From the IMG/VR virus record IMGVR_UViG_3300033402_000479, positions 1 through 52,371 of that record: a DNA stretch of 52,371 bases. One strand, 5' to 3'. The position numbers and the translations under genes are program-made. The notes under the pieces were generated by a model that worked only from the letters and a program-made list of their open reading frames with translations, was not told the DNA's origin and did no database searches. Below, piece after piece: positions 25,888-35,427 of this stretch. The DNA is from a virus (taxonomy: Duplodnaviria > Caudoviricetes). How positions within the stretch are numbered: position 1 is the stretch's first letter; the number at the start of each line of letters is the position of its first letter.

Positions 25888-28290
25888 TTAGTCGATGCTA
25901 ATTTCGTCGGGACGGATCATACATTGACAATTTGTATGCAAAGGAGGCGCACCTACATCGCCATAATCAAGCGACATGGTTTGCGCGCTGTCGCCCTCGC
26001 CGACGGTGAGCGACGCGCCGTTTTTGAAAAAGTCGTCGTCGATGGGAATCGACTTGCCGTCCATGGCCTGGCAGTAGGCGCAAACGGTGTCCTTCTCGCT
26101 CGTGTACCACTTGACGGTTTTCACGACGCCGGACTGTTGCCACGCCGATTTGAGCGCGCTGTTCGCCGTCCTGAACGACTCGGTTCTGGCCACTGCTGCG
26201 GCCCGGCTTTCATCGCTCCACTCGTAGACCTGCTCCACGCGCTTCGTGATGTCGGCGAGCGATTCGCCGGCCGTCAGTCCGTCGTTGATGTGCGATTCCA
26301 GTGCCGCAAGCGTCGTCTGGTTGTAGCTCTCGGACATCATCTGCACGGAGGCATGCACCGCCGCCCTCGTCGTGTCGTTGAACGGATTGAGTTCCGGCTT
26401 GCCGATCTCGGCGACGGCCGCGAGCGCCTGGTGCTCGAAGAGCGTCTCCATGACGGGCGTCAAGGCGTCGGTCGTGATCGATATCCAGTTCTTGATGTCG
26501 AACAGGTCGGCGGGGTCGATTGCCTTCTTCACCGCCTCGGGAAGGTTCGCAAGCACTTCCTTCTTCTGCTCGGCGTTCAGCTTGCGCACGGTCGCCGCGA
26601 AGTCCTTCTCGGCCGCCTGGGTGAACTCGCTGAACTCCTTGAAACGCGCCTCGTCCTGCTCCTTCGTCGATTCGAACTTCTTCGAGGGCCACGCCTTGAA
26701 CCGCGCTTCGAGGTCGGCTTTTATCTTCGAGGCGAGCTCGGTCCGCATCGTCTCCCGCTTCTTGGCGAGCTTCTGCATCTTCGTGCGGGCCGGGCGGTAT
26801 CCCACCCGGAGGCCGTTCGCCGCCTTGACGTTCCCGAACCGCGCGTCCTTGCGGACGGCTTTCGCGTTCGGGTCGTCGTCCTGCGGCTTCGGGTCGGTAT
26901 CGGACTGCGGCTTGCCGCCGCTGTCAGCACCTTCTCCTCCTCCGCCGTCCCCGTCGGTGTCCGAGCCGATCGGCGCGAACGACGTGGAGACGAAGAGCGA
27001 ATCGCCACCGTCCACCGGGCCTAAACCGAGATAGGCGTCGCGGCCCTCGTTCGGCGTCATGAGCGGCTGGTTCCCCATGGCGGCCTGCATCTCCGTCGTG
27101 CGGAACGCCTTGTCCTCCGGCACGGGGTCGATGAAGCTGATGTAGAGATTGTCGCCGTAGCGCGAGACGAGCCGGTCGTTCAGCGTCGCGCAGATGTTCA
27201 TCATGTGCGGCTTCACGACGCGCTTCGAGAAGACGTAGTCGGCCGTCTCCGCCGTGGCGCGGTTCGTGTCCGATTCCGCCGTGCCGAGGATGGTGCGCGA
27301 GACGCCGAACATCGCGAGGATGCGGTCGCGCATGTCCTCGCTCATGTTCTTGAAGTCCATGTCCTTCGGCGACGAGCCCGCCGGCGCCCACTTCACGCCG
27401 TTCGGCAGGACGCCGATGCGGTTCATGTTGTCGATACCGCCGTGTGCGTCCGTGAACCCTATCTTCAGGGCGTCGAGCTGGTTCTCCGCGACGAAGTTGG
27501 TCTCAAGGAATCCCGACGGGCGCGCGCCGTTCACGAAGAACTTGCGGTTGAACTCCATCGCGTAGTTGTCGTTGTCGATGTATTCCGCGCCCGCCATGAC
27601 GGGGCTGTAGCCCTCGAAATGGTCGGCGACGTTCGGCTCGCGGAAGTGGATGACCTCGTACGGCTTGAAATCGACGGTGCTGGTCGGAAGCTTGAGCCGG
27701 TAGCCGAGGAGCTGGTACGGCCACGAACGGCGGTCGATGACCGGCCGCACCTTGTCCACGGGCATGATGTGGAGCGCCTTCGGCCTGTCGAGGTCGTTCT
27801 TCACGCCCTCCATCCAGACGTAGCAGCTGCCGGCGAGGTCGAGCGACGCGGAGAGGATGTATTTGAACTCCAGCCCGTTCATGTTGTCGCTCGGCCCGTC
27901 CAAAAGGTCGAGGATGTCGTGATCCTTCTGCTCCACGTTGTCGTCGCCGTCCGTCTCGAAGAGCCGCCAGTCGATGGCCATGACCTCGCGGGCCTTGGCG
28001 TTCACGGCGGCGTAGACGAACCCTTTGTTGTTCAGGAGCGCCCGTTCCGCGTCGATGCGGTTGCCGCCGGAGGGGCGGTCGATGACGAACTGGTTGGGCG
28101 TCCCGCTTATCTCGCCAAAGACCTTGCGCCCGTCCTTGGTCTTCGTGCTGTTGATGACGCCCCACCGCGTGACGACGGGGCCGCCCTGCTCCTGCTCGAA
28201 GACCTCCGGCCAGAAGGTCGTCGCGATGCCCTTGATGCGCCGCGCTATCCAGCTCGGCTTGTCCTTGGCGTTGAGGGTGGGGGATTCCAT
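25888..28290 (-). CDS. Portal protein fused to minor head protein (Mu gpF / SPP1 gp7)
   Basis: FFVNGARPSG, ILAMFGV, TPNEGR portal motifs; C-terminal ARTE..KW..CAYC..PPLHTNCQC. Confidence 0.9.
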   Translation of the reverse strand: MESPTLNAKDKPSWIARRIKGIATTFWPEVFEQEQGGPVVTRWGVINSTKTKDGRKVFGEISGTPNQFVIDRPSGGNRIDAERALLNNKGFVYAAVNAKAREVMAIDWRLFETDGDDNVEQKDHDILDLLDGPSDNMNGLEFKYILSASLDLAGSCYVWMEGVKNDLDRPKALHIMPVDKVRPVIDRRSWPYQLLGYRLKLPTSTVDFKPYEVIHFREPNVADHFEGYSPVMAGAEYIDNDNYAMEFNRKFFVNGARPSGFLETNFVAENQLDALKIGFTDAHGGIDNMNRIGVLPNGVKWAPAGSSPKDMDFKNMSEDMRDRILAMFGVSRTILGTAESDTNRATAETADYVFSKRVVKPHMMNICATLNDRLVSRYGDNLYISFIDPVPEDKAFRTTEMQAAMGNQPLMTPNEGRDAYLGLGPVDGGDSLFVSTSFAPIGSDTDGDGGGGEGADSGGKPQSDTDPKPQDDDPNAKAVRKDARFGNVKAANGLRVGYRPARTKMQKLAKKRETMRTELASKIKADLEARFKAWPSKKFESTKEQDEARFKEFSEFTQAAEKDFAATVRKLNAEQKKEVLANLPEAVKKAIDPADLFDIKNWISITTDALTPVMETLFEHQALAAVAEIGKPELNPFNDTTRAAVHASVQMMSESYNQTTLAALESHINDGLTAGESLADITKRVEQVYEWSDESRAAAVARTESFRTANSALKSAWQQSGVVKTVKWYTSEKDTVCAYCQAMDGKSIPIDDDFFKNGASLTVGEGDSAQTMSLDYGDVGAPPLHTNCQCMIRPDEISID

Positions 28291-28674
28291 TTACGCGGGC
28301 ATGAGCGTTCCTTCTTTGACCTTGAACGTGACGGTGCGGCAATAGGGGCAGGTGACGGGTGATTCGATGGTGAGCGGTTCGACGGATGTTATCGCGTGCT
28401 TGGCGGACGTGGCGAGCGGCTGGTTGCACGTCGGACAGACCATGATGACCGTGTCATACGCGGGCCACACCTCCTCCTTGCTTTCCTTGACGATTGACTT
28501 TGTGCCGAAGAGGTTCCACCAGAGGCGCTTGAACCATCCCCGCGGCGGGTCGAGCGGTATCGTCTCCGTCACGACCTTCGGCGGCCGGGACGGGATGAAC
28601 ACGTAATCACCGGCGACCATGAGGTCTTCGGAGTTCGAGACGCGCCTAACTTGGATGGCTGTAAGTGCGTCCAT
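28291..28674 (-). CDS. Zn-binding hypothetical protein
   Basis: CPTC...CPYC; stop abuts the portal ATG. Confidence 0.65.
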   Translation of the reverse strand: MDALTAIQVRRVSNSEDLMVAGDYVFIPSRPPKVVTETIPLDPPRGWFKRLWWNLFGTKSIVKESKEEVWPAYDTVIMVCPTCNQPLATSAKHAITSVEPLTIESPVTCPYCRTVTFKVKEGTLMPA

Positions 28675-28683
28675 TTGGTTTTA

Positions 28684-28711
28684 AGTATAGGGGTTAGCGG
28701 GAAGTTATCAA
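28684..28711 (-). promoter_or_regulatory. Sigma70-like promoter upstream of the head operon
   Basis: TTGATA-N16-TATACT, 9 nt before the ATG at 28674. Confidence 0.55.
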
Positions 28712-28721
28712 CCTGTGCATA

Positions 28722-30221
28722 TCACCCCTCGATCCAGTGGATCTTCGGCAGCTCAAGCCCCTGCTCCACCAGCCCGAGGATGAGATAGACCAGCGCGTCA
28801 ACCAGGTCGTCGTGGGCCTCGACGCCGAAACCGAACAGCTGCGCCAAGAGCTGCTCGCATCCCGTGCGCGGGAAGAGGACCGTCCCGTTCTTGACGTACG
28901 GCGCGACGACCTGCAACCTGGCCCGCTTGTCGGCCTGGGGCTTCATGGCCGTGACGGGAAGCATCGCGCGTATCATCTCCTGGATGGCCGCCTTCTGGTA
29001 CGCCACGTCCTCGACGAAGAAGAGGTTGGCGCCGCCGCGCTCGCCCGGTATCCCGCGCACGTACTTCATGAACTCGTGGAAATTGACGTGCTCGTTGAAC
29101 GGGTCGGGCCGGATGAAGATTTTCGGCGTGTCGCCGGCGCCGTACGGCGGCTTGTCCTCGACGTAGAACACGTCGCCGCTCACGTTCGCCGTGTAGTCCG
29201 CCGACGCCTTCTCCGAGATGGCGAGGTCTATCCCGTGGCCCTTGATGGCCGCCACCGCTCCTTTCGGCGGCGCGTCGTAGTAGTGGATGTCCTCGGGCGT
29301 GATGACCGCGCCTTCCTCCGCGACCACTTTGAGTTTGTATTCGCGTTCCCATGCGATCGGTCCGACCAATTCCCGTTGGTCGTCTATCGCTGCCTGGTTC
29401 GGAAATGCCGCCTTCCAGACGCAGGAGTCCCACTCGTCGGCGTCGTTGACCAGAGAATATTCAAGCACCTTGAATTTTTTCTTGGCTCTTACGCGCGCGG
29501 CGAGCGCGTCCATATGGAGGTTATTGATGAGGATGACGAGCTTGCGCTTGTGCTTGTCGAGGCCCGGAATCACCTCGGAATTGAGCCACTGTTCCGTCTT
29601 GTCGCGGTTCTCTTTCGTCCTGACCCATTCGATGTCTTCCGGGTCGTCGATGATGATGAGGCGCGGCCGGAACTGCCGGTGCTTCAACCCGCGAATCTTC
29701 TGTCCCCGCGAGCGCGCAAGGATGCGGACGCCGTTCGGGAGAAGCATGTTCTTGGCCTGCCACTCCTCATCGCTTTCGAGCGTCGGCTCCGGCACGGGGT
29801 CGTCGGTCGTTCTGATTTCGAAATGGCCGTAGTCCTGAAGCAGAAGATGGTTGTTTTCCAGCTCGTTCTTGATGTTGGCGATGTTGATGCCTGCCTGGAT
29901 GCCGGTGTCCGCGATGGGCAGGATGAAAGGGCACTCCTTCGGCTTTTCGAGCGCGCAAAAGACGGGCAGGATGAGCGAGCCCCAGGTGGTCTTCGTGCAT
30001 CCGCGGAAGCCGATGATCTCAAGAAACTGCTCCGTCGGGTCCTCAAGGGCCGAAACCATCTCCGGATGGAAATCGCCCGGCGGAAGGTACAGGTGGTGCG
30101 GAAAATAAAGCAGACCGAAACCCACCAGCTTCTTGCGTATCTCGCGGCGGACGTCAGGATTGCTAAGGATTCCCTTGAACGCCTCCTCCGGCGTCGGGCA
30201 GGGCGGGTGTGGTCGGTCCAT
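28722..30221 (-). CDS. terL: Terminase large subunit
   Basis: GFRGCTKTT Walker A, IIIDDPE Walker B, GIDLA, ADYT, HDDLVDAL nuclease motifs. Confidence 0.92.
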   Translation of the reverse strand: MDRPHPPCPTPEEAFKGILSNPDVRREIRKKLVGFGLLYFPHHLYLPPGDFHPEMVSALEDPTEQFLEIIGFRGCTKTTWGSLILPVFCALEKPKECPFILPIADTGIQAGINIANIKNELENNHLLLQDYGHFEIRTTDDPVPEPTLESDEEWQAKNMLLPNGVRILARSRGQKIRGLKHRQFRPRLIIIDDPEDIEWVRTKENRDKTEQWLNSEVIPGLDKHKRKLVILINNLHMDALAARVRAKKKFKVLEYSLVNDADEWDSCVWKAAFPNQAAIDDQRELVGPIAWEREYKLKVVAEEGAVITPEDIHYYDAPPKGAVAAIKGHGIDLAISEKASADYTANVSGDVFYVEDKPPYGAGDTPKIFIRPDPFNEHVNFHEFMKYVRGIPGERGGANLFFVEDVAYQKAAIQEMIRAMLPVTAMKPQADKRARLQVVAPYVKNGTVLFPRTGCEQLLAQLFGFGVEAHDDLVDALVYLILGLVEQGLELPKIHWIEG

Positions 30222-30783
30222 TGGCTATCGCGGCTGGTTTCGGCCTTTGGAGAGGGATGGACAGGTCGATGCCCCAGTTCTTGAACGCCGCGACGATCAT
30301 GTCGGCCTGTTCCGGGTCGATGAGCTGTGCGCGATACATGTTCACGTCCACGGTGCCGAGCTTGCGCTCGAATATGCCGGCGTCCATCTCCGCCTTCAGG
30401 ATGGCGAGGTCGAGCTTCATGAGCGTGTTGATGGCCTTCAGGATTTCGTCGGTCTTTGGGGGATAGAGGCCGAACTGCTCAAGGTACTCCCACTTGTAGT
30501 CGATAATGCGCCACAGGCGTTCGACCATCAGGCGGTATCGCTCCTTCGTGATGGCGAGGCGGTCCTCGATCTTCTGCTGGTCAACGGCGAACGCCGCCTC
30601 GCGACCGAGCTTCCGCACGATTTTTGAGACGTAGTGCCAGTCGAGCGTGTTGCCTGCGGCCGTCTGGAATCCGCGCTCCTTGAGGTCGCGTTGGAGCTTC
30701 TGGACTGACGTGAGCGGGTCGCGGGCGAGGATGTCCCTGACCGCCATCCGCAATTGGTGCTCCGTTTCGGACGACTTGCGCAT
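30163..30783 (-). CDS. Putative terminase small subunit
   Basis: Helical/HTH-like protein overlapping the terL start. Confidence 0.6.
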   Translation of the reverse strand: MRKSSETEHQLRMAVRDILARDPLTSVQKLQRDLKERGFQTAAGNTLDWHYVSKIVRKLGREAAFAVDQQKIEDRLAITKERYRLMVERLWRIIDYKWEYLEQFGLYPPKTDEILKAINTLMKLDLAILKAEMDAGIFERKLGTVDVNMYRAQLIDPEQADMIVAAFKNWGIDLSIPLQRPKPAAIANGPTTPALPDAGGGVQGNP

Positions 30784-30799
30784 TTGCGGTTATTTGGGG

Positions 30800-31015
30800 T
30801 TATTTCAGCTCTTTGTCAAGCGACTTCGAGCGCGTTTCGAGAAGGGCGCGTATCTCCCGCAGGTCGGAAAAGTCGCATACGACCTCGATCTTCGCCTTCA
30901 TCTTGTGGAGCCGGTCGAGCTCCTCCGGGTTATAGTCCGTCATGCCTTCCAGCTTCTGGCGGAGTTCCTCCTGGCTCACGGCCGGGGCGAATTTGATGGT
31001 GTAGCGTTCGATCAT
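30800..31015 (-). CDS. Hypothetical protein
   Basis: 71-aa ORF in operon direction. Confidence 0.55.
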   Translation of the reverse strand: MIERYTIKFAPAVSQEELRQKLEGMTDYNPEELDRLHKMKAKIEVVCDFSDLREIRALLETRSKSLDKELK

Positions 31016-31059
31016 GAAAATGTGTTGCTTGCTATAATCGGGTCCGATTGGAGGCGCTC

Positions 31060-31311
31060 ATGCGCATCGACCTCTATACGAAGATAGTCCTCACGCTCAT
31101 CGCTGTTTGCCTACTCACGATTGCCTGCAAGTCGGTTGTTCAGCCGATTGGCGTGTCCGCTGAAGGTCCGTTCGCCGGCGTTCAGTTTTCGGGCAGTATG
31201 GGCGGATTTTGGGCGTTCGATACGAAGACCGGCGACGTTTGGACATTCACGCCGCAGAAATGTCAGCACTATGGCAAGATCACGCAGCTAGGCGAGCCGC
31301 TCGCGAAATAG
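31060..31311 (+). CDS. Membrane-anchored moron protein
   Basis: MRIDLYTKIVLTLIAVCLL; own TATAAT and GGAGG SD; opposite strand to neighbours. Confidence 0.75.
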   Translation: MRIDLYTKIVLTLIAVCLLTIACKSVVQPIGVSAEGPFAGVQFSGSMGGFWAFDTKTGDVWTFTPQKCQHYGKITQLGEPLAK

Positions 31312-31443
31312 GAGTCTGCCGGGAAGCCCCATGTGCCCGACGGAACGGGCGGTGGCAAGGGTGGGAGTTAAATTGCCGCCTAGGTTCGGTTCCGTCTATT
31401 TTCCCTTCAGGGCGTTGCCGCTTGCTGTTCCCGGCTTTGAAAA

Positions 31444-31671
31444 CTACTGCTGACCTTCGGCTCCGGCCTCGGCGTCGGCATCCGCTTTTGCCTTTGCCTC
31501 CGCTTCCGCGGCTGCATCCGCTTCCGCCTGAGCTTGGGCTTCGGCTTCCGCCTCTGCCTTCGCCGCCTCTTCCGCCGCAATCTCTTCGGCGGTCTTCGCC
31601 GTCGCGGCCTGATTGACCTCGGTCCCTTTCTCCACCATCCCGCCGTCGGGGTGCGCTACAAAATCTGCCAT
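31444..31671 (-). CDS. Ala/Glu-rich low-complexity protein
   Basis: AEAEAEAQAQAEAD repeats. Confidence 0.6.
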   Translation of the reverse strand: MADFVAHPDGGMVEKGTEVNQAATAKTAEEIAAEEAAKAEAEAEAQAQAEADAAAEAEAKAKADADAEAGAEGQQ

Positions 31672-31684
31672 GGCTTTCGTGTGG

Positions 31685-31927
31685 TTATCGTTTCCGGCGC
31701 CGCTCGACCTTGCGCGCCGACTTGGGTGGTATCGGTATTCTCGGGATTGGATAGACCAACTCCCGCCATTCGCAAACCCTATGGGGCGGAGTTACCATCG
31801 TGCCGGTGCAAGTGTCTGGGTTCACCACCAATACCAAAGTGAACACCCTGCCATTCGAATATAGGACGGTACTCACGACGCCATTTGCATTCTCAACTAC
31901 CTGCACTATCTTCGGTTCTTTTTCCAT
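31685..31927 (-). CDS. Hypothetical protein
   Basis: MEKEPKIVQ.., A/C-rich leader. Confidence 0.5.
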   Translation of the reverse strand: MEKEPKIVQVVENANGVVSTVLYSNGRVFTLVLVVNPDTCTGTMVTPPHRVCEWRELVYPIPRIPIPPKSARKVERRRKR

Positions 31928-31938
31928 GGACGTGATGG

Positions 31939-32181
31939 TTATAGTTTTAGGAAAACGGGCATCAGGGAAACGACGTGTCCGAACTGGGACAGCTCGTATG
32001 TCGCGTAGCTCCTCCCGCGCCGCACGATTCTGAGCGATATCTCCCGGTCGCTCCATACGCCGAGGATTCGGCTGATTCTGTCTGTCAGCGTCCGCGCGGC
32101 AAAGACCGCCTGCCCGAACGTGAGCTCGTCGGGGCCGTCCGTGTCGCCCGGCCAGCGGTAGCCGTCCTTTGAATGTCTCAT
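31939..32181 (-). CDS. Hypothetical protein
   Basis: 80-aa ORF in operon. Confidence 0.5.
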   Translation of the reverse strand: MRHSKDGYRWPGDTDGPDELTFGQAVFAARTLTDRISRILGVWSDREISLRIVRRGRSYATYELSQFGHVVSLMPVFLKL

Positions 32182-32192
32182 GGTCGTGGTGA

Positions 32193-32744
32193 TTACAGTT
32201 TTGTCAGCAGCTCCGCGAACTCGCGCGCCTGCTGCGCCTGTTTTCGGAACACCGTCGCGGTGTCCTCCGAACCTTTGATGGCCTCCTCGTGCTGCTTCAC
32301 CGCCTGGCGGTTCGCGTCGGCCATCTTCTCCGCCTCCTTGCGCTCCTTCTCCGATTCGTACTTCTCCTGCCCGGTCATGAGGTCGGTGCGGACGAGCTTC
32401 ATCGGCTTCCCATCGGTCGTGCAGTAGACAAAGCCATTCTTCGGGTTAAGTTGGCAACCTCCGCTGTGGACAATGGCGACATCGCCAGTGCGGGCACAAG
32501 AACACTGGTCAGCCCGCTCGTGCCCGTCCTCGCAGAGCCAAAAGCCCTTCGCCATCTTCTCGCCGACTTCCTTGATGCTCGCCTCTATCCCGTCCGCCTC
32601 GGCGGTCAGGCGCTCGACTTCCTTGCGCCGTTTCCCTGCCTGGGCCTGCGCGGCGCTGGCGTTCAAATCCTTGAGGGCGGCGTCAAGCTCCTCCTTCCAC
32701 ACATATTTCCTCTTTGCCCACCATCGGGCCAGAATCCTTATCAT
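32193..32744 (-). CDS. Coiled-coil protein with inserted Cys/His cluster
   Basis: Helical N- and C-termini around CEDGH..CSC..H..C..C. Confidence 0.65.
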   Translation of the reverse strand: MIRILARWWAKRKYVWKEELDAALKDLNASAAQAQAGKRRKEVERLTAEADGIEASIKEVGEKMAKGFWLCEDGHERADQCSCARTGDVAIVHSGGCQLNPKNGFVYCTTDGKPMKLVRTDLMTGQEKYESEKERKEAEKMADANRQAVKQHEEAIKGSEDTATVFRKQAQQAREFAELLTKL

Positions 32745-32758
32745 GCTGTTGGTTTGGT

Positions 32759-32974
32759 TTAATTTGTTTGGCCTTTTGACTTTTGCAGTTCCGCGAGGAC
32801 CGCGCGGATCTCCGCCATGAGCTTCTTCACCGCCTTCTCGACGCTCTCCGCACGCACCTTGAAGACCGTGCCGGGCATGGCCTCAAGGGTGATGTGATAT
32901 TCGGTGAACTGTCTCTGTTCGGCTTGCATGGAGGGGATTGATTGTAATTCTACGGGTTTCGGGAGGGAAATCAA
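32759..32974 (-). CDS. Hypothetical protein
   Basis: 71-aa ORF; start uncertain. Confidence 0.45.
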   Translation of the reverse strand: MISLPKPVELQSIPSMQAEQRQFTEYHITLEAMPGTVFKVRAESVEKAVKKLMAEIRAVLAELQKSKGQTN

Positions 32975-33011
32975 TGCACAAGCGGACCTTCAAATCTGAT
33001 ACTATCGGGGC

Positions 33012-33191
33012 ATGGATTTCAAAGTCGGTGACACTGTTCGGTTGAAATCGGGCGGGCCGCTGATGACCGTGATGGAGATCTCCGGGAATCAGGTCAGATG
33101 TCAGTGGTTCGACGAGAAGAACCTGCCGCAGACGCGCCTATTCCTGTCGGCCACTCTTATGGCCGACGACGACTCGATACGCGTGTTCTGA
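33012..33191 (+). CDS. YodC / DUF2158 family protein (not in ORF track)
   Basis: MDFKVGDTVRLKSGGPLMTV...CQWF signature; -10-like TACTAT 6 nt before the ATG. Confidence 0.9.
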   Translation: MDFKVGDTVRLKSGGPLMTVMEISGNQVRCQWFDEKNLPQTRLFLSATLMADDDSIRVF

Positions 33192-33192
33192 T

Positions 33193-33681
33193 TCAGACGT
33201 TGATGACCCGGTACTTGAACGGCTCTTTGACGAGGAGATACCTGTAGTCAAGGTGCTCCGGCAGCCATAGGACTTCGATGAGCTTCTTGATGATTTTGTA
33301 ATCCCGCTGTTCCATGCCCTTCATCTCTTGCAACGTGTAGCTTCCGTCGTTCTCACGCACCCGGAAATCGACCTTGTGCCGGAGGATGAACTCCCCGCTT
33401 TTCGGGTTCCGTATCTCGATGGAAAACTGCTTGTCCCACGCTTTGATATCCCCCGCCTTCAGCCTCCAATCCAATTCCATGGCCGCGTTCGCTTCCAAGA
33501 TGCTGTCGTAGTGATACCCGTCGTAGAAACACGTCTTCGCATGATATTTGTTCTCTCCCTTTTTCGCCTTCGGGCTTCCCTGCACGCGACCGCAGAGGCA
33601 GATTGCGTCGCCCGTGTTGGTATCGACGAAATACCTGTGCGAGTGTCCGCCGAGGGGCTTGCGGGTCTGGAGGTAGGTCAT
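33193..33681 (-). CDS. DUF1064-family PD-(D/E)xK endonuclease
   Basis: NKYHAK..DG..YDS..EA, VDF, QEMKG motifs. Confidence 0.8.
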   Translation of the reverse strand: MTYLQTRKPLGGHSHRYFVDTNTGDAICLCGRVQGSPKAKKGENKYHAKTCFYDGYHYDSILEANAAMELDWRLKAGDIKAWDKQFSIEIRNPKSGEFILRHKVDFRVRENDGSYTLQEMKGMEQRDYKIIKKLIEVLWLPEHLDYRYLLVKEPFKYRVINV

Positions 33682-33932
33682 ACCTTCAGAGCTTCCTTGA
33701 AGCCGTCGGCCTTTCCGCGCTGGTACGCCTTATTACACTCATCAATCATTTCAGCGCTCATTATCGAATGCTCGTCAGCTCTCTCGGAAGCGGCGTAAGC
33801 GTCGAGCGCGGAGGAAAGCCAATCTTTCATATAAGCGAACAGTTCGGGCGTATCGAGCGGCATTATAAAGCCGTCTTTCGGCTCCCAGAAAAACTTCGTC
33901 TCCAACTCCTTCAAGATTTCTTCTTTGGTCAT
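33678..33932 (-). CDS. Hypothetical protein
   Basis: ATGA-coupled on both sides. Confidence 0.6.
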   Translation of the reverse strand: MTKEEILKELETKFFWEPKDGFIMPLDTPELFAYMKDWLSSALDAYAASERADEHSIMSAEMIDECNKAYQRGKADGFKEALKV

Positions 33933-34150
33933 GCCTCGCTTTCGTTAATTTCCTCCTCCTCGCCGTCCTCGACCAATGACGGCTCCTCTCCTGTCGGCTT
34001 TCCCGTCGGAACCTCCTCGCCCATGCACCGCCGGCAGAATCGCGGATCGGCGACGCTCGGGACGTTGTGCCACTTCCCGCACCGGCAGAGCGTCGTGTCG
34101 TCCATCCTCGGATTGAGGCGCAGGGTGCATTTGCGGCAGGAGCGGCTCAT
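33929..34150 (-). CDS. Small Cys-rich protein
   Basis: MSRSCRKC..CRCGKWH..CRRC; ATGA-coupled. Confidence 0.55.
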   Translation of the reverse strand: MSRSCRKCTLRLNPRMDDTTLCRCGKWHNVPSVADPRFCRRCMGEEVPTGKPTGEEPSLVEDGEEEEINESEA

Positions 34151-34350
34151 GGGCGATAGCTGTGATGCTTGTTTTTCCTCCATGCCTCGGCCGCTTTTCT
34201 CGTTCTTTCCGTCCCGACCATCATGCACTTCCGCGAGCAGTATTTCGGATAGTCCGAGAGGTGCTTCACGTTGCATGAAAACTCCCGTCCGCAGTCCGCG
34301 TTCTCGCACTCGAAGATTTTCAGGTTCTTGGTGACGGTGCGTACGAACAT
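34147..34350 (-). CDS. Small Zn-finger protein
   Basis: CENADCGREF..KYCSRKC. Confidence 0.65.
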   Translation of the reverse strand: MFVRTVTKNLKIFECENADCGREFSCNVKHLSDYPKYCSRKCMMVGTERTRKAAEAWRKNKHHSYRP

Positions 34351-34353
34351 GGT

Positions 34354-34638
34354 TCAGGATTTGACATGCCTGCAGAGGCCCGTGTAGGCGTACGCCTTGC
34401 ATCCGACGGGGCACGCCCTCGGTCCGTCCTGCGGGCAACCGTGCGGCCCGTTGTCTCTGGCTTTGAAGCAGGGCGTGCATTCCTGGACGAGGTTCGGCGC
34501 GGAAGGGTTGAGGCAGGTCGAGCAGAGCTTTCCCGTCATGAAGTCGCGCTTCATCTTGCGGTGCTCGTCGTCCCGCCCCTTGAGGTAGAAATAGCGCTCG
34601 TTCGGCGGAAGGTTGTCTATCTGGGCTTGGGTCAGCAT
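34354..34638 (-). CDS. Cys-rich hypothetical protein
   Basis: CSTC..CTPC..C..C..C..C. Confidence 0.6.
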   Translation of the reverse strand: MLTQAQIDNLPPNERYFYLKGRDDEHRKMKRDFMTGKLCSTCLNPSAPNLVQECTPCFKARDNGPHGCPQDGPRACPVGCKAYAYTGLCRHVKS

Positions 34639-34667
34639 GGAAGTTAATCTTTAGATAATCCTAAGTT

Positions 34668-35105
34668 CTACTTGCCGTCACCCAGAAGCATTGACGGATT
34701 CTTCGACACGTTTTCCGCCATAGTCAGTCCGTTCTTCATCACCGCATAGGGCAAAAACACCGACTGGACGTTCGCCATCTTCGTCTCGACCAAGGCCATC
34801 TGCGCCTCAACCCAGTCCTTCACGATGCGCCACGCCACCCGCACCGCCTGTTCACGGTTCGTGAGAGACCTGGGAACATGCCTGTCCTGCTCCAGAATCG
34901 TGAGGACGGGCTTCCAGTCGCACGGAAGGCGGAACGCTATGCTCTGGCCGTCCAAACTGATTCTGAACGAGATCGCGGTGACATAGCTGTCCTTCGGGTC
35001 GTACTCGGTGAGCACTGCCTGCGCTCCGTGCATCGAGAGACATTTAGCAATCTCCGATGCGGTCTTGTCGGCGTCGATTTTGGTCGTGTAGTTGAGGAGG
35101 GCCAT
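34668..35105 (-). CDS. Conserved phage hypothetical protein
   Basis: MALLNYTT..HGA..FRLP..QAVRVAWRIVKDWVEAQMA..FLPY, a recognisable phage family. Confidence 0.75.
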   Translation of the reverse strand: MALLNYTTKIDADKTASEIAKCLSMHGAQAVLTEYDPKDSYVTAISFRISLDGQSIAFRLPCDWKPVLTILEQDRHVPRSLTNREQAVRVAWRIVKDWVEAQMALVETKMANVQSVFLPYAVMKNGLTMAENVSKNPSMLLGDGK

Positions 35106-35106
35106 G

Positions 35107-35427
35107 CTAGGGTTTAACGTTTCGCGGATACGGAAGCAAATTATCATCTTCCGGCCATCCGTCCACAAGGACATACCCTTCGTTGCTGTCGGCGTTTCCG
35201 ATGGACTGAATTGCAAACTTCTTCAGAAGCCGCGTCAATGTCTTCTGTGAATCCCACGAAATGAGAACATACCCGACGTACGGGCTCTCGCCGCCCTCGC
35301 CAATGGTCCCTTGACAGCTCGCATATGTCCGCACACCGTCCTCCCGATTGAGAACCTCGACGATGGTCGCAATCCTCTCATCTACATCGATCCACACTTG
35401 GACTGGTCTCGTTTTGTGTATCTTCAT
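35107..35427 (-). CDS. Hypothetical protein (D..I..LN..T.ASCQG motif, TYW3-like N-terminus)
   Basis: VDERIATIVEVLNREDGVRTYASCQG. Confidence 0.55.
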   Translation of the reverse strand: MKIHKTRPVQVWIDVDERIATIVEVLNREDGVRTYASCQGTIGEGGESPYVGYVLISWDSQKTLTRLLKKFAIQSIGNADSNEGYVLVDGWPEDDNLLPYPRNVKP

